From positions 1 to 56,357 of the IMG/VR virus record IMGVR_UViG_3300049982_000330: 56,357 bases of DNA; one strand, written 5' to 3'. Position 1 is the stretch's first letter. Every line of letters starts with the position of its first letter. A program made the position numbers and the translations under genes. Shown here piece by piece: positions 45,907 to 55,413 of the stretch. Below the pieces are notes generated by a model. That model was not told the origin of the DNA, did not search any database, and saw nothing but the letters and a program-made list of their open reading frames with translations. Origin of the DNA: a virus (taxonomy: Duplodnaviria > Caudoviricetes).

Positions 45907-46184
45907 GCGCCCTTGCGCCGGTCCTCGCGGCGCTTGCGGAGCTCGTCGACCGTGTCCTTTTTCTTGTCCGCCGGCTTGGCCACCTTCGCCAGCTCGGCGA
46001 GCGTCGCGCGCAGCTGGGCGTGCAGCATGGCCGCCGCGGCCGGCCGTACGCCCGTTGCGCCGAGCCGTTCGGCCAGGTCCAGCGCGCTGGCGGCCATCGC
46101 CGACTCCGCAGGTATCGCCCACCGCTTCAGGTCGGCCCGGACGGCCGCCACCAGGCCCCGCTCAGCGTCGTCACGATCTGTCAC
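45903..46184 (-). CDS. terS: Terminase small subunit (putative)
   Basis: Helical, QLRATLAEL...DTVDELRKRR; coupled to terL. Confidence 0.75.
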   Translation of the reverse strand: MTDRDDAERGLVAAVRADLKRWAIPAESAMAASALDLAERLGATGVRPAAAAMLHAQLRATLAELAKVAKPADKKKDTVDELRKRREDRRKGA

Positions 46185-46226
46185 TCCGACCCCCTCACGC
46201 AGCGTGATTCCAGGATGGTCACTCCA

Positions 46227-46361
46227 AGTGATGATCTTGAGAGCGATTACTCTGTGAAGTGGGGAGAGAAAAGGGCGCTAAGGGCGCGGGTCCCCCGTGA
46301 TCGTTGATCTACGTCGCGAGGGTGCCCCCTCCGGCGCTATGACCTGCGAAAACGTCGCCGC
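46227..46361. promoter_or_regulatory. Putative helper cos/packaging site
   Basis: Non-coding, between HNH/AAA and terS (the usual cos position), and duplicated in the satellite. Confidence 0.7.
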
Positions 46362-46442
46362 GTGATCGCCGGGAGCCGATTACGCACCGTTCGCGTGCTG
46401 ATCTTCGTCACGATATGCAACGAGTGTGATCGTTGCATTCAG

Positions 46443-46880
46443 TCACCAAGCTCGTGACGATGTCTGTGCTGTTTGCGCAACGTGACTGAAGCTGGCATAC
46501 CAACGCTCGGCCATGGCCACCGTGGAGGCAGGGTAGGTCTCTGCTATCCGCCTCATCACGACGTCACGTCCAGGGTCCACAGTCACGATGCGAGCGTCGT
46601 GCTCGGCGTATCGTGCGAGCGCGTTGGGTGTGGGCATGGCGTGCACGATGTACACGTCGACGCAGTCAGCGTGCTGTAGGGCTTCCTGTGTGGCTGCTGT
46701 GCGGGCACGTGAGGCCACCTCGCGCAGCGCACGAGGGTAGCTGGTGGTGTCCGCGCCTGGTGGTGTGAGGGCCCGCGCGATGAGCTCCCAGTCCACCACG
46801 ATGTCCCCAGGCTTGGCGTGCTGCCGTACCCACGTGGACTTCCCCGAGGCAGGCGGCCCCGTCACCACGATGAGCCCCAT
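46443..46880 (-). CDS. P-loop (AAA_33-like) protein
   Basis: VTGPPASGKSTWV. Confidence 0.85.
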   Translation of the reverse strand: MGLIVVTGPPASGKSTWVRQHAKPGDIVVDWELIARALTPPGADTTSYPRALREVASRARTAATQEALQHADCVDVYIVHAMPTPNALARYAEHDARIVTVDPGRDVVMRRIAETYPASTVAMAERWYASFSHVAQTAQTSSRAW

Positions 46881-46934
46881 CAGTGCATGCCCCCTCGAAC
46901 TACCAGCCCGGCATGAACTGGCCCCATCCGGTAA

Positions 46935-47219
46935 TCACCACGCCCGGGAGTTCTTCTGAGGGGGAAGGCCGCTCTTGGCCCCCTTGGACTGGTTGCACTT
47001 CCGCCCGCACGTTGGGCATCCCTCGATGCCGTGCGCGGGCCGCATGTAACGCAGGTCGGTGGGGTCCAGGCCGTGCGCCTCGAGGACCTTCAGCGAAGGC
47101 TCGTGGTCGGCGTTGGTAGCCCCGTCATGCCCGCACAGCCAGCAGATGCGGCTGATGGCGAGCAGCTGCTTACGGGCCCGGCGGTAGGGACGGCCGGTGC
47201 GGCCTCTACTCCGGGGCAT
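46935..47219 (-). CDS. HNH endonuclease (packaging-associated)
   Basis: CWLCG...ADH...PAH...CN..KG. Confidence 0.85.
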   Translation of the reverse strand: MPRSRGRTGRPYRRARKQLLAISRICWLCGHDGATNADHEPSLKVLEAHGLDPTDLRYMRPAHGIEGCPTCGRKCNQSKGAKSGLPPQKNSRAW

Positions 47220-47492
47220 TCACACTCGGGGCGGCCAGGACCACTGGCCGGGCTCGTCGCCGGGCTTCACGTTGTACTCGGCGAACCCGCCTTGCTCGCC
47301 GGGGGTGAACACCCACAGGTGCACGCTGAGCTCGTCGTCGAGGGCGGGCACGTGGCCGGCTTCCACGCCTCGCGGGTCGAGGGTGTCGACGGTGGCGGTG
47401 ACGATGGCGGCGCGCACCGCGTGAATCCCCTGCTTGCCCCGGTACCAGACCATGCTGCCGAGGGTGGGCTTGGACACGTGCATGCCGATCAT
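47220..47492 (-). CDS. Conserved phage hypothetical protein
   Basis: KPTLGSMVWY...RAAIVT...WSWPPRV. Confidence 0.75.
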   Translation of the reverse strand: MIGMHVSKPTLGSMVWYRGKQGIHAVRAAIVTATVDTLDPRGVEAGHVPALDDELSVHLWVFTPGEQGGFAEYNVKPGDEPGQWSWPPRV

Positions 47493-47504
47493 GTGTCTCC
47501 CCTG

Positions 47505-47633
47505 TCAGTTGCGCCTTTTGTGCTTCTCGCCGGTGACGATGACGCGGGTCTTCGGGCACTTCTTGCACTGCTGGGTCTGCACGAAGCCGATGACCTCGAC
47601 GGTCTTCCAGACGTGGGACAGGAAGCAGCCCAC
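47505..47633 (-). CDS. Very small Cys/His protein
   Basis: GGAGG RBS plus GTG; CFLSHVW...CKKC. Confidence 0.5.
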   Translation of the reverse strand: MGCFLSHVWKTVEVIGFVQTQQCKKCPKTRVIVTGEKHKRRN

Positions 47634-47863
47634 GGCACCTCCGTCAGGGGTAGTTGCCGTTCTCGTCGCCGCACTCGCACTCACACGGGCCCTTGTGGTT
47701 CTTGATCCGGACGCAGCGACAGGAGCCGCCCCAATGGTCGATGCATCCGGACCCCCAGGTGCACGGGCAGAGTCGACCGGTGGCGGGCGGCCTTTTGAGA
47801 GCGATGAGGTAACACCTCCCGCCGAGACGCGACACGGCCCCACATCTGTTCGAGACTGTTCGA

Positions 47864-48139
47864 ATGCGCCGCTATCAAGAACTCGCCGAAGTCGAGGCCC
47901 AGCCGCAAAGCGATGGCAGCGCGCGACCGCTCAAGTTCCGAGCGTGGAACCGGGACTACCTGATCTCGGAGGTGCTGGATTACTGGTGCCAGGACCGGCA
48001 GTGGTGGGTGCGAGGTGCGGACCCGGAGGCTCTGCGGCCGGTGTGGATGTGGCGGGTCAAGGCCCTGGGGACCCGGCAAGCGATCGTGATCCTGCGCGAC
48101 GTCGACCGGGTGTGGCACGTCATCGGCGTCGAGGATTAG
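47864..48139 (+). CDS. DUF6504-like protein
   Basis: P..FRAWNRDY.I.EVLDYW....WW...WRV...W.VIGVED. Confidence 0.65.
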   Translation: MRRYQELAEVEAQPQSDGSARPLKFRAWNRDYLISEVLDYWCQDRQWWVRGADPEALRPVWMWRVKALGTRQAIVILRDVDRVWHVIGVED

Positions 48140-48199
48140 CCCGAAAGACACGAAAAGCCCGGTTTCGGCCGGGCTCTAAAGACAGTTCTCTACGGCGAA

Positions 48200-48424
48200 T
48201 TATGCGGCCTTAAATCCTCCAAGGTCAACACGGGCGCGCATCACCACAGCATGGGCTTCCTGCAGCTTGCTGGAGTCGTACGTCGGGAGCGGCCGGCCTC
48301 GGCGGCCGGTCCGGCGCGAACTGTACGGCGGGATGGCGAACAGCTCGATCATCGCGCGAATCTCAGCGGCCGTGAGGACGGGGGAAAGCATGCTGACCGC
48401 GTCATCGACCGTCCATGCGTCCAC
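48200..48424 (-). CDS. Small DNA-binding-like protein
   Basis: WTVDDA...RRGRP..TYD. Confidence 0.55.
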   Translation of the reverse strand: MDAWTVDDAVSMLSPVLTAAEIRAMIELFAIPPYSSRRTGRRGRPLPTYDSSKLQEAHAVVMRARVDLGGFKAA

Positions 48425-48439
48425 GGATCCATCATGGCG

Positions 48440-48895
48440 TCAAGTAGACGATCCCGCCTCCGATGCCTTCTCGGCACTGTCCTTGACAACGGCGCCTAGA
48501 GCAGACGCGACGCGGTAAGCGTCAAGTCCTCTGTGGTGCAGAAACACCCCATCCACAGCCAAGAGGCCCACTGCCAGCATCCCTAGCATGTCCCCGTCGA
48601 GCGTGCCCGCCAGTAGCGTCGCAGCAAGGATGCCGCCACCTGCAATCATCACCATGCGAGATATACCCCACATGACATAGAGCAGGTTCGTCCGGAAAAA
48701 CGCTGTATATTCCTCCGGATTCCGCCTGAACTGATCGATCCGGGCCTTGAACTTAACATCCACGGCGAACAACTTCTCGGCCGCGCGCTGACTGCGCTTC
48801 GCACTCCATGCCTGGAAGCGTGGCGTGAGGATATTGGCGAAGATGCTGAGCGGGATAGCGAGCACGAGCCCTGCGAAGAAGAGGGAGAGGTCCAC
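48440..48895 (-). CDS. Lower-GC membrane protein (moron)
   Basis: Three hydrophobic segments; atypical codon usage; start uncertain. Confidence 0.6.
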   Translation of the reverse strand: MDLSLFFAGLVLAIPLSIFANILTPRFQAWSAKRSQRAAEKLFAVDVKFKARIDQFRRNPEEYTAFFRTNLLYVMWGISRMVMIAGGGILAATLLAGTLDGDMLGMLAVGLLAVDGVFLHHRGLDAYRVASALGAVVKDSAEKASEAGSST

Positions 48896-49239
48896 GTTAG
48901 GGACTTTAAGTCTGAAACGGTCCACAGAGGGCAGTCTTCTCCACTTTGTAACAGTCCGAGCCGCCGTCGGCGGGACCGCCCACCCATCGCCACCTGCCAG
49001 CCGCCAGGGCCCTCGAAGCGCTCGCCGCACTCGCATGTGACCGGCCACCGTACGCGAGCAGACGGGTCAGCGGCGCCAGTACCCGTCACGGCAAATGTAG
49101 GAAAGAATCCGCCCCTCCGGTTATCAGGGATCGGGCGGACGGTCCGTCAGAACGCCCACCCGCCTGAAGCCGCCCTGCCGGCTGTCGCCATAGGGTGAAG
49201 GGCCGTCCGTTCTGGCTGGACTATGACGGGCGGTGTGGA

Positions 49240-50037
49240 CTAGGGCTGAGCGTCTGGGCGCAGGACTTCCTCGCGAAGGATCCGTGCTATGTCCTTGGCG
49301 TCGGCGTTGTGACTGGTCTGACGTCGAACCTCCTTGCGGATGGCCTCGAGCACCACCTCGGAAAGCACCACCTGCCCTAGGGCCTTGGGAGAGGTGGCGG
49401 CCCGCGCCTTCCAGAGATCGTCGATGAGACGTCGCTTGAATGCCTCCTTGCTCAAGTAGAACAGCGCGTCCGTCTTCACTGCCAGGGTCACATCGCCGAG
49501 AAGGTCAACATCCAGCGCGAGGTCTATCACAACGGGAAGGCCGCCGGTCATGTGGTACACCTGCCATACCTGGCCGTTGGTGAGGATCATCCACTCGACA
49601 CCCTCGTTCACGGCATACATCTGCACCTGCCGTAGGTGCTTGACACCAAGCTTTTGTGTGCAGCGCTTGACCTCAATAAACGCTACAAGCTGCTTCTCGA
49701 TTCGAATGCCATAGTCGGCGAACTCGCCCTTGACCTGGTATTCCGTGGTTAGTTCTTCATACTTGTCGTACCCGAGTCCGTCACACAGGAAGTCGGTGAC
49801 GAGCAGTCGCGTGTCTCCCTCATTGGCGTCTCTCGCAACGAGATCGGTGAGGGGCTTGGAATAACGCCGGATAGCCGCCCGGACGCGATCCCTAGCATCT
49901 GATTCCCACTTAGGTGCGGTTCGCGACGGCGCGGTCTTCTTGGCAAGCACCGGCTCGGTGCTCAGGACCTTCACGGGCACTGGCGGTTCGGCCGCCTGGT
50001 CGGAAGTGGTTGATGTACCCACTGTCTGCTCGCCCAT
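49240..50037 (-). CDS. Type I restriction HsdR N-terminal-like PD-(D/E)xK nuclease
   Basis: NEGDTR, LGY, EY, ADY...IEVK, Q...YA and ILTNG..W motifs. Confidence 0.8.
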   Translation of the reverse strand: MGEQTVGTSTTSDQAAEPPVPVKVLSTEPVLAKKTAPSRTAPKWESDARDRVRAAIRRYSKPLTDLVARDANEGDTRLLVTDFLCDGLGYDKYEELTTEYQVKGEFADYGIRIEKQLVAFIEVKRCTQKLGVKHLRQVQMYAVNEGVEWMILTNGQVWQVYHMTGGLPVVIDLALDVDLLGDVTLAVKTDALFYLSKEAFKRRLIDDLWKARAATSPKALGQVVLSEVVLEAIRKEVRRQTSHNADAKDIARILREEVLRPDAQP

Positions 50038-50276
50038 GATTCCTGCCTTGTCTTCGATGTTGCGTGACAAGGCAGGATAATGGGTTACCACTACTCACGC
50101 ATAGTGATTGTGGGATCGGTCCAAAATTCGGCATTATGGACAGCAGTATCTCGCATTTAGTACACGTCAAAACTTCCGTCGCAGATCCAAGAGCTGAGTC
50201 ACTCTAGGGATTTAGGAACGTCCGATGAGCTCGTACCGGGCCTCGATGAATGCGATCAGCTCTTGCGTGCGCGGGC

Positions 50277-50543
50277 TCATGGCCGCCACTCCTCGGGCCA
50301 GTCGGGGTGCTTGGTATTGACGTGCTCGCGTGCCTTTCGGGCGACTTCCTCGACCCGCCCGAAAACCTTCTCGCCGCAGGAGCAGCGGAAGGTCGCGTAC
50401 CCGGTGGGCTCGTGCTCGACGAACGGGCCGTCGGAGGGTCTCTCCCGGCTGTGGCTCTCAAGCTCCCAGATGGTGCCCTCACCCCAGCCGCTCAATGGCA
50501 CCTTCGTCCAGTCGATGCCCTCGACGGGCGCAAGATCGCTCAT
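50277..50543 (-). CDS. Hypothetical protein with C2H2-like C-terminus
   Basis: CSCG...HVNTKH; coupled. Confidence 0.55.
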   Translation of the reverse strand: MSDLAPVEGIDWTKVPLSGWGEGTIWELESHSRERPSDGPFVEHEPTGYATFRCSCGEKVFGRVEEVARKAREHVNTKHPDWPEEWRP

Positions 50544-50791
50544 GGCCGCCCATCCCGCTCGTTCAGAAGGCGGCGAATGTCGGCGACGGCGTGCTGGAGG
50601 AACGCGGCGACGGCCTCCGTGCGCTCGACGTCGGCCACGTCAGCGGGCCCCGGGCTGAACGTCGTCATGATCTGGACGGGGCCCACATGGATCCAGTCCG
50701 TGAAGTACTCGGCGTCGTACTCGCGTTCGACCTTGCTCCAGTCGAGGCCCTCGACGGCGGCCAAGCGCGCGCGGATGTCCTCGTGGCTCAC
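50540..50791 (-). CDS. Hypothetical phage protein
   Basis: AFLQHAVADIRRLL; GTGA coupling. Confidence 0.55.
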   Translation of the reverse strand: MSHEDIRARLAAVEGLDWSKVEREYDAEYFTDWIHVGPVQIMTTFSPGPADVADVERTEAVAAFLQHAVADIRRLLNERDGRP

Positions 50792-50970
50792 GACGCCTCG
50801 CCGACGTGGCCGGTGATGTCGATTCCTGCGGCGATCTCCTCCGACCGCGGAGCGTCTGGAGTGCGGGCATATGGCACGTACACCGTGCGGGGCGGTTGGT
50901 GCTGGCATTCGCACCACGTCCCGCCGGGGCATTCGCCGTGGTTCCGGTCAGCGCATGGCGTGCAGATCAT
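50788..50970 (-). CDS. Small Cys-rich protein
   Basis: MICTPC...H.EC...CECQH. Confidence 0.6.
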   Translation of the reverse strand: MICTPCADRNHGECPGGTWCECQHQPPRTVYVPYARTPDAPRSEEIAAGIDITGHVGEAS

Positions 50971-51668
50971 GCTGCCCCCTGGTAGTAGATGGCGCGCCCG
51001 TCGGCCCACACCAGCATCGCATCACCGTTGATCTGGTTCTTGTCGATCCGCCCGCGCGGCCGGTCACCGTTCGAGTCCACGCACTTGCCGTTCACGCACG
51101 CCACCCGCCCCGACTCCTGGGCGATCCGCAAGCTGAACGTCTTGCAGTACGGGCACGCCGGCGGGAGGTGTCCGCGGGGCACGTGGATGGGGATCCACTT
51201 CTCGGACTCGCCGATGTCGCGGATCTGCCGGGCCTGTTCGATCCACCATTCCAGCTTGTGACGGGCGTCCCGGGCGACGTCCTCGGGCAGGCCGTGCACC
51301 AGCTTCACGATCGAGTCGAGCGCGGCGGTGGTGTTGGCGTCCGAGCCGCCGCGGTCGGCCTCGGCCGCGATGGCGTGGCGCACCAGCTGGCCGCCGCGGC
51401 GTTCGACCGTCTGGTGCTGGACGCGGAGACGACTGCGCCCGACCACCTGGTAACGCAGGTCGGCCTCGAGGTCGCGGACGCCCGCGTGGATCGTCATGAG
51501 CACGGGGCCGGCCTCGGGGTGCCACGGGGCGGGCGAGCCGGTGACCTTGTGATGCTGGGTGCTGCCCTTGGTGGCGTCGGCGACAGGTTCGGCCAGGAGG
51601 TCACCCAGCTGGTGGATGAGCGGCTTGAGTTCGGCGACCAGGAGAGGGATCTCGTCAGCAGGGGTCAC
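50967..51668 (-). CDS. Phage protein with C-terminal zinc ribbon (possible late regulator)
   Basis: GSPAPW; CPYC...ACVNGKC. Confidence 0.65.
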   Translation of the reverse strand: MTPADEIPLLVAELKPLIHQLGDLLAEPVADATKGSTQHHKVTGSPAPWHPEAGPVLMTIHAGVRDLEADLRYQVVGRSRLRVQHQTVERRGGQLVRHAIAAEADRGGSDANTTAALDSIVKLVHGLPEDVARDARHKLEWWIEQARQIRDIGESEKWIPIHVPRGHLPPACPYCKTFSLRIAQESGRVACVNGKCVDSNGDRPRGRIDKNQINGDAMLVWADGRAIYYQGAA

Positions 51669-51853
51669 AAACCCACGTTACGGCTGGGCCGTAATCCTCA
51701 ACCACTCTTCCACGGTCATCGACAGAACGTGCTCGGGGACGTGCACGGGCAGCGTGTGGGGGACCCAGAGCACACCGCCGTCCGGGTGTGGGAAGACGGC
51801 GGGTTTGTCGAGGAGATCGAGGATCGTCATGGTGAGCCCATTCTCCAGGACCG

Positions 51854-52357
51854 CTACGTGCCGTACTTGGCTGCCGCCGCACGGAAACCCGCAAGAGCTT
51901 CCTCGTATTCAGCGCAGCTGGCCTTGTACACGTCGTCTTTGCCCGCCATTGACTCCGCGAGCTGGCCTACGGCGTCGCTGAACTGTCGAGCAGCAGACAC
52001 GATGGGCCCGTGCTTACGAACCTTCCAGAGGGATATTTCAGTGAGTTTGTGAACCAAAGGCCCCATGTGTGGCATGAGCATGTTCATGAAATCGGTGACG
52101 ATCGCTCGCTTGTCGGGAGTACGCAGTCTGGCTAGCAAAGTGTGATCCACCCAGGCGACTCGATATGCCTGAACGGCTGTCGAGAAGCCGACGGCAGCGG
52201 CCAGGGCTTCCACGGCAGCCCCATTTCGAGTCTGCTGGTCGCCCGCTCGTGATTGCTGCCACTGCATCAGCCATGTGCTGAGCCACGTGATCACGCCGCC
52301 CACGAGTACTCCGCCAACAGCGATCCATGCAGCGTGAACCTCTGGCTCCAATTCCAC
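51854..52357 (-). CDS. Lower-GC single-TM helical protein (moron)
   Basis: IAVGGVLVGGVITWL TM; start uncertain. Confidence 0.55.
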   Translation of the reverse strand: MELEPEVHAAWIAVGGVLVGGVITWLSTWLMQWQQSRAGDQQTRNGAAVEALAAAVGFSTAVQAYRVAWVDHTLLARLRTPDKRAIVTDFMNMLMPHMGPLVHKLTEISLWKVRKHGPIVSAARQFSDAVGQLAESMAGKDDVYKASCAEYEEALAGFRAAAAKYGT

Positions 52358-52501
52358 GGTTAGGGCTCTCTCAGCTGCACGGGGGGTTATGACGACCAGT
52401 GATCGTCCTGCTGCTGTCTGAGACGGCGCGGCTCGCCGTTTGGTTCCGCGATAGGGCGACTTCTTCGTGCTGCCGTTCCACAGCTCTAGATCATCTTGCA
52501 A

Positions 52502-52524
52502 ATCCTACATAGCCTATGTAGGAT
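52502..52524. promoter_or_regulatory. Palindromic operator upstream of the PadR gene
   Basis: ATCCTACATAG-C-CTATGTAGGAT, adjacent to TTGCAA at 52496. Confidence 0.75.
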
Positions 52525-52531
52525 CTTCGAC

Positions 52532-52867
52532 ATGGAGACTCACATCAGCGTCACCCCCAAGGTGGCGCAGATCCTCAAGGTCTTCCTGGAGGACGTCGAG
52601 CAGCCGCGGTACGGCTTCGAGCTCATGCAGCTCACCAGGCAGCCCAGCGGCACCGCGTACCCGATCCTGGCCACGCTGGAGCGTGCCGGCTGGATCGAGA
52701 GCCGCCAGGAAGACATCGATCCGTCGAGGGCCGGCCGACCTCGCCGACGCATCTACGTCATCACCCCAGACGGGGCTGCCCTGGCCGCCACCAAGCTGGA
52801 GGCTCTCAGCGAGGCGTACCGTCCACCCGTGCAGTCTCGTCTCAGACTGCAGGGCGGAACCGCGTGA
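52532..52867 (+). CDS. PadR-family transcriptional regulator
   Basis: YGFELMQ...SGTAYPILATLERAGWI...GRPRRRIY.ITPDG. Confidence 0.9.
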   Translation: METHISVTPKVAQILKVFLEDVEQPRYGFELMQLTRQPSGTAYPILATLERAGWIESRQEDIDPSRAGRPRRRIYVITPDGAALAATKLEALSEAYRPPVQSRLRLQGGTA

Positions 52868-53556
52868 TCAACAGTTTCCTAGTCGGCGCCAGTCTCTACT
52901 TCCTAGGTGGGCTCGCCGTCGTGCTGGCCACCATCGTCGGAGTGGTGTGCACTACCTGTAGCGACCTCATCAAGCAGGAGGCAGCGACGAGGCTGGAGCG
53001 GTTTCCGCTGTGGCTCCTGACCCGCGCCGCTCTGGGACTGCCAGAGGACTGCCGTGATGAGATCTTCGAGAACGAATGGCTCCCCGAACTGCAATACATC
53101 AGTCGTAGATCTGAAGGACTCCCTCTTACCCGGCTCTACCACTCGATCAGATTCGCGATACGCCTCCTAGGCGGCCCAGCTATCGTCATCGGCGAATCAC
53201 TCAAAGTGCTGCGCACAAACGATCGCCCTCAGCTCGATGATCGTATAACTATCGAGCTTGCCGGCACGACGCTCAGAGCATGGGTGGACTTTGAGACTAG
53301 GTTAGAAATAGAGGGAATCAGCATTGCAGAGGCCTTGAAGATGCGAGACATGATCTCGCACGGATTTATCAATAAAAGGCATGAATTGTTCGATAAGAAC
53401 ACAAAAGAAATGCCTGCATGGCTCATGGATCCACGAAATGTTCTGATGCTAGACCTGGCACGGTACATGCTGCGTGCAAGCGGAAAGCTCGCCTACCTGA
53501 GCGCTTCAGAGGACCCTCTCAGCCGTATACAGCTGAGGAAAAAACGTCGGGGTTAG
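52864..53556 (+). CDS. Membrane protein coupled to PadR, with low-GC C-terminal domain
   Basis: GTGA overlap; TM; LP...EW..EL motif. Confidence 0.7.
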   Translation: MINSFLVGASLYFLGGLAVVLATIVGVVCTTCSDLIKQEAATRLERFPLWLLTRAALGLPEDCRDEIFENEWLPELQYISRRSEGLPLTRLYHSIRFAIRLLGGPAIVIGESLKVLRTNDRPQLDDRITIELAGTTLRAWVDFETRLEIEGISIAEALKMRDMISHGFINKRHELFDKNTKEMPAWLMDPRNVLMLDLARYMLRASGKLAYLSASEDPLSRIQLRKKRRG

Positions 53557-53673
53557 CATATTGAGATGGTCCCCTTCTCGGTGGACCAGGACCGGCGGGT
53601 TGCCTGCGGCCTCGGCCGCCCCGCCGGTCCCCACGCGAAAGCCCCCGCCGTAGCGGGGGCCGGAGAAGCGGGG

Positions 53674-54045
53674 TCAGTTCATGCCGTCACGTTCGTCGAG
53701 CATCGCCATGGCGAGCGCCACGAGCCCTTCGACCTGGTTGAGCGAGTCGAGGAACGCGAGGTCGAGCCACTGCTCGCCGGTCTCGGCGTAGGCGGCGAGG
53801 AGTTCCCCGGTGGCCAGCCACCGCAGCGTCATCGCGACGATCGCGCCCTTGGCGTGATCGGGGGCGGGCCGGTCGTCGACGAGGTCGAGCGCGAGGATCA
53901 TGGCCGACTTGATGTCCTCAAAGTCGCCGTCGGCGGGGACGCGGATGCCGATCCGGCCGAGGATCTTGGCGCAGTGGGCGAGGGAGTGCGCCCAATACTG
54001 CACGAATTCGATGACGCGGGGGGATTCGTCCATGACGGTCTCCAT
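53674..54045 (-). CDS. Hypothetical protein
   Basis: Helical ORF followed by a GC-rich hairpin (~53641-53660). Confidence 0.55.
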   Translation of the reverse strand: METVMDESPRVIEFVQYWAHSLAHCAKILGRIGIRVPADGDFEDIKSAMILALDLVDDRPAPDHAKGAIVAMTLRWLATGELLAAYAETGEQWLDLAFLDSLNQVEGLVALAMAMLDERDGMN

Positions 54046-54138
54046 TTCTCGGTGGTGGGGTTGCCTGCCCCATTTCCCTACGATTTAAGAGTACTCTCCC
54101 GCACCGACATTTCCTGTGCCCTATGAGTCATATTGACG

Positions 54139-54384
54139 TTATTGGCGAGGGTCATTTACCAGCCGGAACCCTGTCAATTCGTCGTCGCTCTCCCCCACCG
54201 TCAAAACCGCCATGAATTCCCTGCCCGGCAATTCATTGACCACCAGACCGGCATCCGCGGCGATACGCGCGGCCGGCACGACGACCGAGGTGTTCGTGCC
54301 GCGGATCGCGACATGCGCCATGTCCGGATCGGTGCCGATGCCGTCGGCGACGGCGAGCACGATCACGGTTACATGGTCGCTCAT
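54139..54384 (-). CDS. Hypothetical protein
   Basis: GAGGAG RBS; ATGA coupling. Confidence 0.55.
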   Translation of the reverse strand: MSDHVTVIVLAVADGIGTDPDMAHVAIRGTNTSVVVPAARIAADAGLVVNELPGREFMAVLTVGESDDELTGFRLVNDPRQ

Positions 54385-54905
54385 GGGCGCAGCTCCTCTG
54401 TCGCGGTGATATCGTCCACGCTGGCGTTGTTACGCAACCTCTGCGCCAGAGCGTCGAGGATGCCGGTATCTGTTGCTCCCATGTTTCGGCAGGCCGCTCG
54501 GGAGCTGACATCCTGCCACCCGTATCCGTTATGCCAGTACAGGCCTATGGGTGGCCTGCCATCGCGCAGCTTGAGGTACATCTTCAGCACCTCACTGTGG
54601 TGCGCTTGACCGAACAGCGCTAGAACCGGCGGGAGAGCCGACTGGGCAGAGTAGGCCAAGACCTGACGTACTCCCGTTCTCCAGCCTCCTAACGACTCCA
54701 CTTCATAGACCGCCGTCGCGGTTAATACGTCGGCGCGACCGTACGGCAGTCGAGCTTCGGTCACACCTCCTAGCCGTCGGGCCAGCTCGTCACGGAGTAA
54801 GTGCTCAAGTTGACTTACTCCTGAGAGCCCTGGCGCCCTACCGGTAATGCTGCGTCCGTCTGCGAGCTGAATCCTGCGTTCCTTGTAGCGGTCCAGATAG
54901 GCCAT
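54381..54905 (-). CDS. Possible PD-(D/E)xK-like nuclease
   Basis: E.RLPYGRADVL....YEVE...GVRQVLAY; the motif Lys is replaced by Glu. Confidence 0.55.
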   Translation of the reverse strand: MAYLDRYKERRIQLADGRSITGRAPGLSGVSQLEHLLRDELARRLGGVTEARLPYGRADVLTATAVYEVESLGGWRTGVRQVLAYSAQSALPPVLALFGQAHHSEVLKMYLKLRDGRPPIGLYWHNGYGWQDVSSRAACRNMGATDTGILDALAQRLRNNASVDDITATEELRP

Positions 54906-55045
54906 GCAGCATCTCCAGAGGTCGAGGGGAAAGAGCCGCTGTTAAAGAGAGTGCCGCGCGCTGCTCGGCGAGCGCCATCCAGGTGGCGGAGTCGGTGGTG
55001 CCGTTCCTGTCGGCGAGCACGTCGTCGATCACGTCGAGGGTCTGG

Positions 55046-55336
55046 TCAGGATCGCTCACGGGGCTCGTCCTTCCGCGGTCGGCCGCCGCCGGCGCCGCGG
55101 CCGGGGCGTTTCCAGCCGATGATGGTCGCCGGCCGGTAGACAGGTGAGGCGCCGAAGACGCGGTCCTCCTTGGGCAGCCCGTTGGGGTCCCCTTTCTTGC
55201 CGCGGTTGCGGTAGACGATGACCGTGGACTCCTGCACGCCGAGGTAGGCGGCGACCTCGGCGATCGTCCAGTAGTCCGCCTCCGGGTCAGGGCGCGAGCC
55301 CTCGGCGGGCTCAGGGCCGGTGTCCTCGCCGGTCAT
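55046..55336 (-). CDS. AlpA/excisionase-like HTH protein
   Basis: WTIAEVAAYLGVQESTV..YR...LP..D..FG.SP...W...RPGRG. Confidence 0.75.
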   Translation of the reverse strand: MTGEDTGPEPAEGSRPDPEADYWTIAEVAAYLGVQESTVIVYRNRGKKGDPNGLPKEDRVFGASPVYRPATIIGWKRPGRGAGGGRPRKDEPRERS

Positions 55337-55413
55337 AGGCAGCTCCTTGTCATGGTTACCGTGACAAGGATTATGGCCGTACCAGCGTTCTGCCGGCACG
55401 GCCACGAGCAGGG

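Noticed and set aside
5000-47000. Many long opposite-strand or alternate-frame ORFs (for example 44317-46257, 32823-34385, 42858-44420)
   Set aside because: Shadow ORFs typical of high-GC DNA overlapping clear genes; Arg/Pro/Gly-rich with no motifs
47846-47863. LexA/SOS box upstream of the DUF6504-like gene
   Set aside because: Only direct-repeat CTGTTCGA half-sites; the full TCGAAC-N4-GTTCGA palindrome is absent
50277-50791. Shared LA.VEG.DW.KV motif in two adjacent small ORFs
   Set aside because: Real but short; probably a local duplication of a gene start, with no functional inference possible
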